Source of the DNA: a virus
Taxonomy: Duplodnaviria; Heunggongvirae; Uroviricota; Caudoviricetes
Virus record (IMG/VR): IMGVR_UViG_3300010882_000011
Span: 64,001-128,000 of that record
Length of the DNA stretch: 64,000 bases
Direction: 5' to 3' (one strand)
Part shown: in pieces, positions 11,471-24,537 of the stretch
Layout: each line of letters opens with the position of its first letter
How positions within the stretch are numbered: the stretch's first letter is position 1
Position numbers and translations under genes: made by a program
The notes under the pieces: model-generated
Seen by the model: the letters and a program-made list of their open reading frames with translations, nothing else
Told to the model about the DNA's origin: nothing
The model's database searches: none

Positions 11471-14400
11471 TGCCAACATTACATATCAAAAAGTATTTTC
11501 AGGAAGGGGATTTGGCCCATGAATACAATCCCCTTTTAAATAAAGTAAACAAAAATGTTATTCCAGATAGCAATATCAAATTAAATGAAATAACAAATTT
11601 TGTAACTAATAAAATAGGTATAAATTTAAATAATCCAGTTAATATTGAATGTCAACCCTCCTATGATGGGACTGTCAATCTTATTATAAACGATGATATA
11701 AATCCTCCTCGTATTATAAATTCTAGGTTTTCAAAGGTGGAAGATAATCGATATAGGATTATAAATCGTAATCAATTACATCAAACTAATTTATATGTGG
11801 AAGACAAGATAGATTCACAAACTAGACTTTTTAGAAATATAAATAATATTCCAAGGTTTGATTTATTAAATGTAGGATACTTTGGTCAACTTAAAGGGGG
11901 GAATTATACATTCTATGCTAAATTTGCCGATAATGATTATAACCAAACAGATATCGTGGCTGAATCATCTCAGGTTAGCATATTTAAGGGTACCATAATT
12001 AAACCCAGCAGTATTTCTGGAACTTTACAGGATGAGAAGACAGATAAATCAATTCTATTATTTATCTCGAATATAGATACTAGTTTTTCTAAGGTATATC
12101 TATATTATAGTCGTGAAACTAGCGATATAAATGGATTTAGAACAACTGAATACGGAATGGTTAAAGTTCCTTATGAAATAAAAGAATCAACATTGCTAAT
12201 TAATTTCAATGGATTTGAGGAGATAATCAACATTGATGAAGAACAATTAAACATAAAGTATAATTTAGTAACAGCGGTTAAGACGCAAACACAGGTTCAA
12301 AATATGTTATTTTTTGGAAATATTCAAGGAGTAAATATAAATGTGAAAGATTTACAAAATATATCTTTATTTATCCCAGTCACATTAACACAGGAAAATT
12401 CTTCTATTGGGTATGTAAGAAACAATTACACATCTCAGGAAAATGATTCTGTGGAATCAGTTGAATACTATAACCCGCTAAATATATACTATAAGTTAGG
12501 TTATTGACCAGGTGAAATATATAGGCTCGGAATAGTTTACATAATGAATGATGACTCATTGAGTCCTGTGTTTAATTTGCGTGGATGTGAGTTTATAAAA
12601 ACGGAAGGAGGATTTAGTTCTAATTTTTATTCCGATGAAATCTATGGTAAATTATTTGATGATAAGAATAATATGAATTATTTGCCGCAAGATAGTTTTT
12701 TATATACTGATTATTTGAATAATACTAAAGGTGTATTTAAAAATCCTGAATTAATCAGTCCATATGATTTTGATAATAAAAAAATTAGACCCTTCTGTTA
12801 TAAAATTGAAATAACGAAAGAAATAAATGATAAATTGAAAAGTTTGTATGGTGTAAAAGGATACTTTATTGTAAGACAAAAACGCATCCCAATTACATTA
12901 TGTCAAGGATTGTCTGTTGGGATAGATAAAGTTTCATATATTCCAATGTTGAAAGATGGGGATGATTATTTTACAGAAAGCTTTATTAGTAGGAATAAAG
13001 TATTGACAACTGATTTTTCAAGTAGAAAAATTACTACTCCATTAAAACAGACAAGTGGATTACTTTCAGTTGATGTCTGTGTAAATCCACAGTTACAATC
13101 CCTTTTTGATGGTTCTGATTTTGTTTGTCAGAAATTCGCAGAAGTTAATAATATTTCTCCTTCTGGTAGATTGTTCTCGTATAGTTCTTATAAGAATTTT
13201 GATAGCATACTTTTAACAAATAACACTGATTTAATCTTTGTTAATTCAGATATTCCTTTAAAATACATTAACAACAATAACTATGCAACTAGAGTTGGTA
13301 CTGCAGAAGATGTGAAACAATTCGGGTTTATAGAAAATAGATCATTAAATGATTCCGATGCAGTAAATCTAGTTAGGGGGGTATATTGCCCTTTTCTGGG
13401 ATCATCAATGAATTTGTTTGATAATAGTATATATAATATTCGTATTAAAAACTATTCTAGTATTTTTGTTAGAGAGTATTTTAATATACGATTCAATGAT
13501 AATTCTCCATTTTTTGCAATCAGTGATAGGTATGAATTATTACCCATTACTACTGGTATAGGTGATCCTGATTCTGAAGATTATATTGATTCAGAGGAGG
13601 AGTACAGAAATCTTTACGAAATACAGGGATTGTCTAATGTTTATCGCGGGGATTGCTTCACAAATACAGTTACTATTAGACTAAATAGAAATTTTGTTGA
13701 TCCTGATGTTCCTGTTAATGAAACAATTGTAGATACCAATACATGAACTCATTATAGAGGAATAGGGGCAACTGAAGCAGAGGATTGGTCGGAGATAAAT
13801 AGAGCGGATTTAAATACTGTCCCTTTAGGAATGTGGGTAACATTTAAATGTTTATCTAATTATAATTTAGGACTTCGTTCAGAAGATAGGACAAACACAG
13901 ATGAAATGGCAATAATGGGAAATTCAAGAAAATTTTTCCCATTATCCAATACTTCAGTTTCCGTAGCAAATAAACTTGATGAAAGTTGAAAGCTAAATGA
14001 CGGCTACAACTCTACTGTTGGAAAAAAACGAAATGCAACAGCTATGGATGTGCCTTATATTAAGGATTTGTTCGATAACAGAATAATGTTCAGCAATGTT
14101 CAGATTGATGATGATTTTATAAATGCCTATAGAATATTTCAGGGATTGGCATATAAAGATATCGATAGACAATATGGAGCAATTGTAAAACTTATTGACT
14201 GGGGAGTAAATCTACTCTGCGTTTTCGAGAACGGACTCGCATTAATTCCAATTAATGAAAAGGCATTGATGACCACAAATACTGGACAATCAATTCACAT
14301 GTACGGAGCTGGTGTAATTCAAAATCAGGTTACATTAATCACTCCCGATTATGGAAGTATATGGCCAGAATCTGTCATAAGAACTCCAACTGGAGTTTAC

Positions 14401-16296
14401 GGTGTCGATACCTACGCCAAGAAAATATGGCGGTTTTCTAATTCAAATGGATTTGAGTTAATTTCCGATATGAAAATTCAGCAATTTTTAAATGAAAATA
14501 TTAAATTAGCTGAAAAGGATAAATATCCTACAATTGCACTAAAGAATGTAAAATCTCATTTTAACAACTATAAGGGTGATGTAATGTTTACTTTTTATAA
14601 TGTGGATGAAGATGAAATCGAGTGGAATTTCTGTTATAATGAAAGACTTGGTAAGTGAATAACTCGCTACAGTTGAACACCATTATGTTCCGAAAACATT
14701 AATAATATTTTCTATAGTTTAGATAAAAGACGTGCTGAATTATTGGCATTCATTTATGATAATTTGAATAGTACGGCTGGCCTCAATACTGTTCCCTATA
14801 TTTCTAATATATTTACTGATGCCAATTTGTGATCAACTGAGCATAATGAACATGAAGATGATGGAGACACTCATATTGATTTTAATACATTGATTAATAT
14901 TGTTAATTATAACTTCTACGATTGATTTAAAATTAAGTTAAATGGAATTGAATCTTCGTATATTGATAATCAAGGAAATGAAGTTTTATTGGTTTTCAAT
15001 AGTAAAGATAATGAAGGAAACATTATTGGAGAGAACAAACAAATAATCTGTAAATTAGAAGATAATTACTTTTATGTTAGAAAAAGTACACTAGAAGTTG
15101 GCGAACACTTATTATGAAATTCTTATATATCTAATGAGAATAGGGTATGAGAACCAATAAAGACCGATACTATTGTAAGTAGTCTTATTAGTGGTGAAAC
15201 ATTTTACAAGTTTGATAGAACATCATTAACTCATGAATTATGATATAATTTTGAAGGAGAAGATATTGAAGACAATGATACTTTCAAAAGAGAAATACTA
15301 AAATCTGATATATACAACGGAAAACTATGATTGAATAAGGATTTCCTCAATTACGATGAAATAAATCTTTACTATTTTAAAATTAGTATTTCTATAATTC
15401 CAATGGTACATACATATAATGATGATGGGAGTATAAAATGGAAGGAAATTGAGGTATTTGATGAGGAGGGCAATGTGATAGGAACCGAATTAATACATGC
15501 AGATTTATCTGGAAGTACATTTAAGCAAACAGTAGGTATTATACTTAATTATAAAAATCTTGATTATGATAGAAAAATTGAGTACGACAAACTCCTTCTA
15601 AACGGCTTCTATGTCCACGGCAAAGCAGGAATTTTTGATGAAATCGACTATACTGACAAAGACGAAACAAACGAAATTCTTCCAACAAAATGGTATGATA
15701 AACAGGAACCATTTGAATATGAGTTCGTTGTAAATAACTTAACTGGTTTACATAAAATCTTTAATGATTTAGTTATTATATCCAATAATGTTGCACCAGA
15801 GTTATTCACATTTACTATTCTTGGGGATGTTTATAATTTCAATAAACGGGGAATTCATAGGTACAAAACTTTCGGAGAATCTGAATGGCTGAGTGGTACT
15901 AAAACTTCGCAGGATTTCTATATGGAAGGAGCATTTGATCCAAATGAACCAGAAAGTATGGATAATCAAAATACTGGAACTTATATTAAACGTGACTTGA
16001 CTACAAGAGAATATTATCTTAAAACTAATCAAATTGCGAAGGATATAAAGAATCCTGATTATGGAAGACGTAGAGGTAACATGTCATACAAAGAAGATTC
16101 TTGATATACAACTATTGAACCCATTCGTTTTAGGTCTAAGTATAGAGATCCTTCTACAGGAGAAATTTCAATTGATAAGGATTTCAATTCCACAAGAATA
16201 AGAGATAAGTTCTTAAAAGTAAGAGTAAGATATGACGGTAAAAACCTAGCATTAATTACTGCACTAAAGACTTTAATGACAGTTAGTTACTCTTAA
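11470..16296 (+). CDS. Tail stabilisation/muzzle-like protein, 1608 aa (12 TGA=Trp)
   Basis: Fragments 11470, 12544, 14044, 15331 share a frame and the gaps contain only TGA; readthrough gives KWITRYSWTP and C-terminus RIRDKFLKVRVRYDG...TVSYS*. Confidence 0.75.
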
Positions 16297-16298
16297 TT

Positions 16299-17939
16299 AT
16301 GACACAAAATATGCTAGAAGCACTTGGTTTCGCTAACTCAATATATGGAAGTTTAGTTGACCAAAGTGCTATGAGAAAACAAGGTGTAGGTGGACTTGAG
16401 AATGTATTTCCAATTTTATCTAGACCAGAACAAAAAACTTACTGAAAGGAGAGTATGAAGGATAGTCCTTCAGCTCTTTCTTTTAGAAAGTTTAAGTTTG
16501 GATTGCTTTCAGAAATTGAAAAGGATAAAATAGCAACGGCGGCGTCTGCAGTTGCAACTGAAGGAACTCCTCCAGCAGAGGGACTTCCCACTGCTACTCA
16601 AAGAGTTTTGACAGCTCCTCCTTCTAATAAAGACTTTAGAGCGACTCTTAAAGCTGGGGAATCTAATACCACTCCTACTCTTAATCGGAGACAAACGAAT
16701 CTGCAAGGAAAACATAATGCCTTAGTTGATTTAAGTAATAAAACTGACGAGGAGGGCAATAAAAAATTCTTCAATGAAGGTAAAACTGTGAAACAAATAA
16801 AGCAAGAAGCAAAGTTTGCGGGTGCAAATCCGAGAGAGGCAGTAAAAACCTACAATGAAGAACAGATAGCACAAGGTAATTCCCCTGCAACTGGTACAGG
16901 TGGCTCAATAACGAACATGAGTCAAGGAATGCAAGGTGCATTAAGTGGTGCAGGATCTGCACTTGGTGGTTTATCAGCTGGAAACATGGATGAAGGAGAT
17001 TTAGCAGTACGAGAAGGAATTCGAGGAGCAATTGGAAAGATGGGTCCGTGAGGTGCAATTATTTCAGCTGCTTCTGGTGTTGTTGATGCTGTGGGAGATA
17101 TGACTGGTTTAAATCTTGATACTATTGATCCTAATTCTGCAAAACGTGCGGGAGTTGGGGGTGCTGCTACATTTAATAAAATGATGAATATGTTACCAGG
17201 TAATAGTATGATTTATGGCTCAATAGCTGCTCTTACAGGTGGTAAAACGGCTGAGGCTCAAATGTCTGAACAGACACAACAGCTTGGTGGTGCATTCGGA
17301 GGAACAGTTAACGATATTGCTGCCGCCCAAGATTTGGGAGGTAAATCAATGTTGTTTGGAAGAAAGAAAGCAAATGCCTTTATTAGGGACGCTAATGAAA
17401 AAAACAGGCAGTTGACATCTATGAAAGACGAGAATGATAGAAGATTACAAAACACCGCTGGTGCTGATTTAGCTAATCAAAACTTCAATCGCTATTTAGG
17501 AAACACTATGCAAAATACCATGCGTGTTGGAAAATCTGGAATGAAATTCCCCCACTTAGATGAAGTAAGGTTAATCATAAATAACTTTCAATCCGAAGTT
17601 GTTCAGAAATTTGCCGATGGGGGTAAAATGAATGTTATTGTCGAAGGAGCATTGCATTCTAGAAAAAACAACCTACAAGACTTAGAAGACTTAGAAGATG
17701 TAACCAAAAAGGGAATACCTGTAATTACTTACGAAGAGGGTGGTGAAGTTGTGCAAGTTGCAGAAGTGGAAGATGGAGAACTTGTCTTAATAAAGGAAAT
17801 TACAGATAAGCTAGAGGTTTTATATGAGGATGGATCAGAAGAAGCGATGATTGAAGCTGGTAAAATATTAGCTGAAGAACTTATGACTAATACAGATGAC
17901 AGAACTGATAAATTATTAACTGATGAAGATAAGGATTAA
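16299..17939 (+). CDS. Putative cargo/ejection protein, 546 aa, Gly/Ala-rich (TGA=Trp x2)
   Basis: ATG 16299 in frame with 16455 and 17091; Gly/Ala-rich hydrophobic segments; KFADGG motif. Confidence 0.65.
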
Positions 17940-18498
17940 CGGAAAGGATTATGATGTTATAGTACTCAAAACTAATGAAGAAAAAATGAAAGGTCTTCAA
18001 GATGTTGAGGAAATGGAGGATAATGAGGGAGCGTTGTTTATTTATGATGAACCACAGGAACTGAATTATTGAATGAAAGATACAACTATTCCTTTAGATA
18101 TTATTTTTATTAGTCCTGAATGGGTTGTTAATTCTGTGCATCAAGGAGAGCCTCTATCAGAGGAACTTATATCTGATCCAGACTCACAGTACTGTTTGGA
18201 GTTAAATCAGAACTCGGGAGTACAACCTGGCATGGAAGTAGAGATTGATGAAGTGGATGATGATTTTTTTGAAATGGAATCTGAAGGGATGCATATCATC
18301 GGATCTGATGGAGAAAGTCAAATGGAAATAGAAGCGGGTGAAAGAATATTCAGTCGTCCTAATACTAAAACTCTAGTTAATATGGCTAGGCGTGCATACA
18401 TGTCGAAAAAGGATTCTGACTATAAGAGATTGGGCAAAAAACTCTTTGAATACCTTAAAACACAAGATAATCGAAAACCAGAGTATGTTGAAGAATAA
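17923..18498 (+). CDS. DUF192-like domain protein with crAss cargo-type C-terminal domain, 191 aa
   Basis: Readthrough of TGA 18070 restores the DUF192-type motif GALFIY...YWMKDTTIPLDIIFI...YCLELN. Confidence 0.7.
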
Positions 18499-18508
18499 TG
18501 TTCTATAC

Positions 18509-18540
18509 TTTGGATTTTACAAAAAATAATAGTAAATTTG
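18509..18540 (+). promoter_or_regulatory. Bacteroidota sigma-A-type promoter (-33 TTTG, -7 TAnnTTTG)
   Basis: TTTG at 18509-18512, 20-nt spacer, TAAATTTG at 18533-18540, in an intergenic gap. Confidence 0.7.
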
Positions 18541-18575
18541 AGATTGTTAAAAACCCAAAATTAAATTTTAAATAA

Positions 18576-18824
18576 ATGAGGAGAAAAACACTAGAAGAAT
18601 TCATCACAGATGCAAAAGAAGTTCATGGTGAAAAATATGATTATACGATGACGAAATATAGGAATAACAAAGATCATGTTATAATCATTTGCCCAATTCA
18701 TGGAATATTTACTAGAACGCCTAACAAACACCTAATTGGTTGAGGTTGTCCTGAATGTAAAAGTGATACGTTAATGAAGAGACAATTAAGCAAACAAAAT
18801 CTACAACAAAGTTATGAAAATTAA
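18576..18824 (+). CDS. Stand-alone Zn-binding domain protein (DUF723/homing-endonuclease-associated type), 82 aa, one TGA
   Basis: MRRKTLEEFITDAKEVHGEKYDY...IICPIHGIFTRTPNKHLIG-W(TGA 18741)-GCPEC; absent from the ORF track. Confidence 0.75.
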
Positions 18825-19176
18825 GAAATTTCAAATGGGTGGTGAGATGCCAGCTCCTGAAGGACAACCAATGCCACCACAAGGAGGCCCAGAACAAGGC
18901 GGGGATCCATTAATGCAAATTGCACAAGTGGCAGCAGAAGCGCTACAAACACAAAATTGTGAAGCAGCTATGGCTGTATGTGAAGCATTCATGATGTTAA
19001 TGGAACAAGCACAAGGTGGACAACCAGAAGTGGGTGCACCAGTTGAAGAACCCGTTTTCAAAAAAGGTGGAAAAATGAAAAAACCCATCAAAAAAGAAGG
19101 CGGCGGAACTGTTAAAAAAGGTAAGGACTTAAATCTTAAAGTTGAACTTACTAAATCTAAAGATAAGAAATACTAA
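18814..19176 (+). CDS. Small Gln/Gly/Pro/Met-rich crAss-like protein (putative cargo)
   Basis: 120-aa ORF with KKFQMGG and FKKGGK motifs. Confidence 0.7.
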   Translation: MKIKKFQMGGEMPAPEGQPMPPQGGPEQGGDPLMQIAQVAAEALQTQNCEAAMAVCEAFMMLMEQAQGGQPEVGAPVEEPVFKKGGKMKKPIKKEGGGTVKKGKDLNLKVELTKSKDKKY

Positions 19177-19198
19177 TATTCCCTTATAGTAACAACAC

Positions 19199-19236
19199 AA
19201 AATGAGAGATTGGAGACTATCTGGTCTCTCATTTTT
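19199..19236 (+). terminator. Intrinsic terminator-like hairpin
   Basis: AAAATGAGAGA...TCTCTCATTTT 11-bp stem extended by wobble pairs, ending in a T run. Confidence 0.7.
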
Positions 19237-19260
19237 GGTTTAACCACAAATAACATAATT

Positions 19261-22200
19261 ATGAGTCAAGTTAATAAAGATATTTTAAAGTTCGATGGTG
19301 GAGGCCCAACCTCAGTGGTTGCGCCTAAAACTTATGGAACATTTACAAGAGTAGGTGGTAAAACAGAAACTGTGGATGATAATTGGTTATCGCAATATAG
19401 CCAGTTTACTAATACTCTAAATGATAGCGAGCGTTTGCATTTGTCAAACGTTCGTAATGCTCTATTGCGTGGTGAGAATGTTACTTACGATCCAGATACA
19501 AATAGAGTATGGTCGGATGCCAAAGGGGATCTTACAGGTACTATAAGAAATCCTAGAGAAAAAGCTCGTTCTGCAGGAAGTATAAATAAAGCAGGCAGAT
19601 TTCTTGAAAGGTTGGGTATTAGAACAGAACGCAATGAATATGCGGGCGCAATGCAAAGGTTACGAGACTTTACTGTAAGTACACCAGAGCCAGAAGCGCC
19701 TAAATTAACGGAGTTGAGTTTTGGCAGGCGTGATGCTGATTACAATTTAGTCAATCCCGCAGATAAGAAAAATACTACACGTCAATATTCAAAAAGTATC
19801 GGTAATCAAACAATAGTTGATCTATTAAGAAATTACAATACTTATGCAACCGCCAAAGATGAACAAGGAAATTGAGTAGGTGATAAACAATATAAAGTAT
19901 CGGGTTTAGGAGATAATGACAAAACTATTCGTGATTTAATTGCTGGTCAACCAGATTATATTGAAAATTTAATTAACCAAATGCAGCAGCACACTTACAA
20001 AGAAGGTGATGTAGCAGAGGAAAATGAATTATGGGATAACTTAAGAGCATTTAACATATATAGGCCTGGTACTACACCACCTGTAATCACAGGTGGGGGA
20101 GCAGGTACAACACCTGCTGTTAAGGGAGCAACTGTAACTAATGCGGCAGGAAAACAAATTACAGCACCGTGAATAAAAGACTTTGCAGGTCTTAGTTTTG
20201 GAGGTAATCCTTTAGTAAGTTTAGTAGAAGGGACTCCAACATGAAGTTATACTGGAGGGCCTTTAATATTCAATGAATATAGTGGTTTGTCAAGAAACAA
20301 TCCTTATTACGGTGGTATGGTTTATGATGGTCGCTTTTACACTAAAGCCGAGCTTAATGACCCAAATGATCCTTATAATCTAAGAATTGCCCTTTCTCCA
20401 ATGTCCGCTGCTTTCAAAAGAGGGACATATGATGATCCTGCATTGGCAGGATATTACTGAGGAAATAGTCCATGAAAAACTTATGGAGATACTGATTATC
20501 TAGATTGGTTTCATAATAGACTATCTAAAAGTAAAAATTATCAGTATTTTAATTTAGGTGGGGATAGATTCGCAGTTGGTACTATTACTGGCAATCCTAC
20601 GTATCATCCTGTTACTGGGGCACCTAGTATGCAGTGAACTTCTTATACACCTGGAAGTACTTTGTCAAGTTGAAATAAGGAAGATTATACTAGTGCAGAG
20701 GATCTTTTATCTAAAAATACAATACAGCAGGGGCCTGAGAGAATTGGCACAGTGGAAAACATTGGAGGCCAGAAGTATGGTTCAATATATACATTCAGTC
20801 AAGGTGCAAATGATCCTACATATACCATCTTCAAAAAAGTAGGAGATAATCAAACATTATACGTTAAAGACAGCGCTGGCAGAATACAAAGAATTACTAA
20901 TCTAGACTGGCTTACCACATTAATGCAGCGTAAATCTACGGATAAGATTGATACAGCGGATATTAAGAAATTATATAGTACACCTTTAACTAATGCACAA
21001 AACGAAGAGGAGTTAATAAAACAAGGTTATAAAAAATCCACATTTCTTGGAGATACAGTCTGAATAAAAGATGGTAAAAAATATTCTATGACTGCCAGAG
21101 GTATAGTACCTTATAAAGACGGTGGAGTATTAGGACAATTGTCTTTGATACTTGAAGAGCCTGTTCGTAAATATCAAATGGGAGGAATGGCTCCTACGGA
21201 GAGAAAACTTGCTGGAACACAGGTAGATTATTTACGTGATGTAACTAAAACGTATAGTGCTGAAGATAAAGAAAAGGCTAATGTATCTGGTGCAATGGCG
21301 AATTTAACTGAAGCTGATAAGTTACAGTTAGGGTCACTTTTAGCAGATACTGGTGCAATGGGTTTATCTGTTGCAACAGGAAATAATCCCATAACTGGAT
21401 TTGTATCAGCTGGCATGGGATTAACTGGAACAGGCTTACAATTTGTAGCCGATGTTAAACGTGATGGTTTAGATTGAGGTGATGTTGGTAGAGCTGCATT
21501 TGGGTTAGGTTTTGATATTGCAGGATTAGTTCCAATATTTGGATCTGCTGCAAAGGTCGGCAAATTTGCAAAAGGTTTAAAAACTGCTAAAAAGACTGTT
21601 CAGTTAGCTCTTGGGGGACTGGGTGTTTCTAGTGCTGCAAGAGTAGCCTGGGATAAATGAGAGAGAAAAGATAGAGGAGAGAATGTAAACATGTCCCTTG
21701 ATGACTATAGAGCAATTGCACAAGGTCTTATGGGTGTGATGTCTTTAGGTAGAGCCGCTGACAGTAAATTAGCGAGAACAAAAAAACAAGCAGACGTTTC
21801 TTTAACATCGAAACAAGCCGATGATAGTGGCTTAACTATTAATATTAAACCACAGGATGCTGCATCTATTAACTCGTTGAAAGGGGCTGATAAAACAGCC
21901 AAACTTGAATCTGTTATTAAGAAGGAAGTACTTGCTTCTAGTGATCCAAGAGCAAAGCGTATCCAAGACTTAGCCCAAGATCCAAATGTTAATCAGCAAC
22001 AACTATGAAAGGATGTTCGTGAAAATGACTTTGGATTAATTGAATCTAATAAATGGTTCAATAGAAAAGGTAAAGGGATGAATGTTAAAGACTTTGACAT
22101 CAAAAACAATAATGAACTTCGAGACGTTAAAGACTATCAGAAATGATGGCAAGTGATACGCAGAAGAGCTATTCAAAGGGAAAGTGCTTGGGAAAAAGGA

Positions 22201-24537
22201 TGGAATCCATCAGGTCCTGTACAACAACAGTTTACACGTGGAAATACAACCCTCAATACAACAGGTATGAGACAAGTTGTAGATACCAGAACAGGACAAA
22301 TACGTTATTACAAAGGAAATGAAGAAGTTAATCCGATGACCCTTCTTCGTCAACAGTGATGGAATAAAGTTCCAGGAAGTGGATTTGACAAAAGTAGTGG
22401 AGGTAAAAGTTCAGACATAGGCAACTTTAACAGAGGTGGATTTAGACCAGAAACAGGGACCCAAGGTGGAACACGTGCTCCAAGAAATGCTGCCCAAACT
22501 GAAGGTTTCAGAAATGAAAGAGGCGATATTGTTTCTGGAGGTAGTACTGAAATACAAGGACAATTGGCTTTACCACTCCCTCAATATGCATACAGAGCAC
22601 CTGGTTTTCAGGGTGAAAAGTCTGTTCGTACTGGTAGAAAACATGGTTACGGTTCAACTAATAGGAAAGATCGTGAAAGAGGACCAAACAAGAATTTAAA
22701 GAATACATGGCAACGACAGTTGGATGAAATGTTAAGTACTTTAAGTGGAGAAGTGTCTCCAATCTTTAGAGCACCTCAAGCACAGCCTCTTTATGTGAAC
22801 AGGCCACCAGAGTCAGTACCTGTATTAAACCCTCCAACTAAATTCTTAGATTGGATGAGACTAACAAATGCAATGAAAACTGCCACACCTACTACTGGAG
22901 TACAAACACAGAATTATAGTATTCCTACAAATACAAGGTTTTTTGATCAGTTCTTTAGTCGTTGGAAACCGCAGTTTAGTCAAGGACAACAACGTGGCGT
23001 AACTCGAAGAAAAGAAGGTGGAAAAATTTTAAAATTTTTGGACGGAAATACTACAAGTCTGCTTGTAGATCCATATGCTGGATTAACACGTTATAATACA
23101 GACCAAAGGGGAGATATTCAAGCATTTCCTTTTGGAAATAACCCAACATCAAATTCAATTGGATGGAAATTTCTGCCAAATGAAAATGCGTTTGTAATGA
23201 CGGAGAAAAATCGGGCCTGGAAAGCCCCTTCAACTCCAGTTTCTGCAACTAATCCAACTACTACAATTGTACAACCAACCAATGACTTAAGAACAGAAGA
23301 AGCTTCAAAAGAAAGACAAGCTACTCTTGAGGCCTACCAATCAGATTGGATAAAGAAGAATACAACTCCATTGGTTTCTAATACACTTTTACCAATGAAT
23401 AACTCTATTTCCGATGCATTAGCTGCTATGCCTGCTACGACACGTAAAGACATTAAAAAGGAATTAGGTGTAAAAAACTTAAAACAGTATAATGCTCGTT
23501 TAGTGGAAAATGATTTGGATCCTATAACTAAAATGGAGTGGAAAAATATGGGGAAAGATACTGAAGGTACAGGTGGAGAAAATAACAAACGTTTTAATTT
23601 ATCAGGTCTTGTGGATGCTGAAGACATGTTGCACGTTGGTCGTTTAATTGCCTCTGTTCGTAAGAACAACAAAATGGCAGGTGTAATGAATGAAGCTATT
23701 AACAAAGCAACTAATGCAGCAATGCCTCAGTATGTTTCTGAAATTTATAACTCTTATTATGGTTCTCCTGAAGCTAGAGGATTACGATTACAAGCTGATG
23801 CTGTACAATCAAATCCAGTGATTCACTCCGACCCTTTTCTAGCAAATGCCTTTGCGCAGTCAAACCAACAACAACGTAATGCATTACTAAATCAAGCTGT
23901 AGCTGCAGAAGCAGGGGCATGACAGAATACTATGTTGCAGAATACTGATCTTGCTAGAAATTATGCTGGATTTAGAAATCAAACTGCGAATGCACGTGGA
24001 CAACTTACTGCGAGTGCTATAATGCAAAAAGCAACTAATAAAAATGCTGCTATATATGGCAACTGGCAATCGGGAGAAAATGCAGCTCTACAATATGCAA
24101 ACAGACTTGCAGGTGACAGAGAAATACGTGATAACGTTAACGCTCAAATATTGTCAAATAAAGCCCAAATGGATTTTAATAAGTCTATAGCTAATGCTGT
24201 TCAACCTTATAAATCGGAATTTAAAAGTTGGCAGGATAATAATCCTACTCTAGTGGCAACTTATCCAACCATTGAAGATTATGTTCAAGCATATCATCCT
24301 GAAAAATGAGCTGTAATTCAACAAAATGCAATGGGATCTGGTTATTCAAGTTATCTTAAACAAATAGGGAATAGTAGAATTCGTACTCCATTTTATAAAT
24401 TTCAATATGCTAAGAAGGGTGCTAAACTTTTAAATGCAACTGATCACATTTGAATTGACAGTAATAGAGCTACTAAAAAAGCTATAAGCAAATTAAATGA
24501 TCATATAATTGATTTATTTAAAAGAACTTTACGATAA
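19261..24537 (+). CDS. Large cargo/ejection protein, 1758 aa, with hydrophobic Gly/Ala helices (many TGA=Trp)
   Basis: Eight track fragments share one frame and the gaps contain only TGA; ends TAA overlapping the next ATG. Confidence 0.75.
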
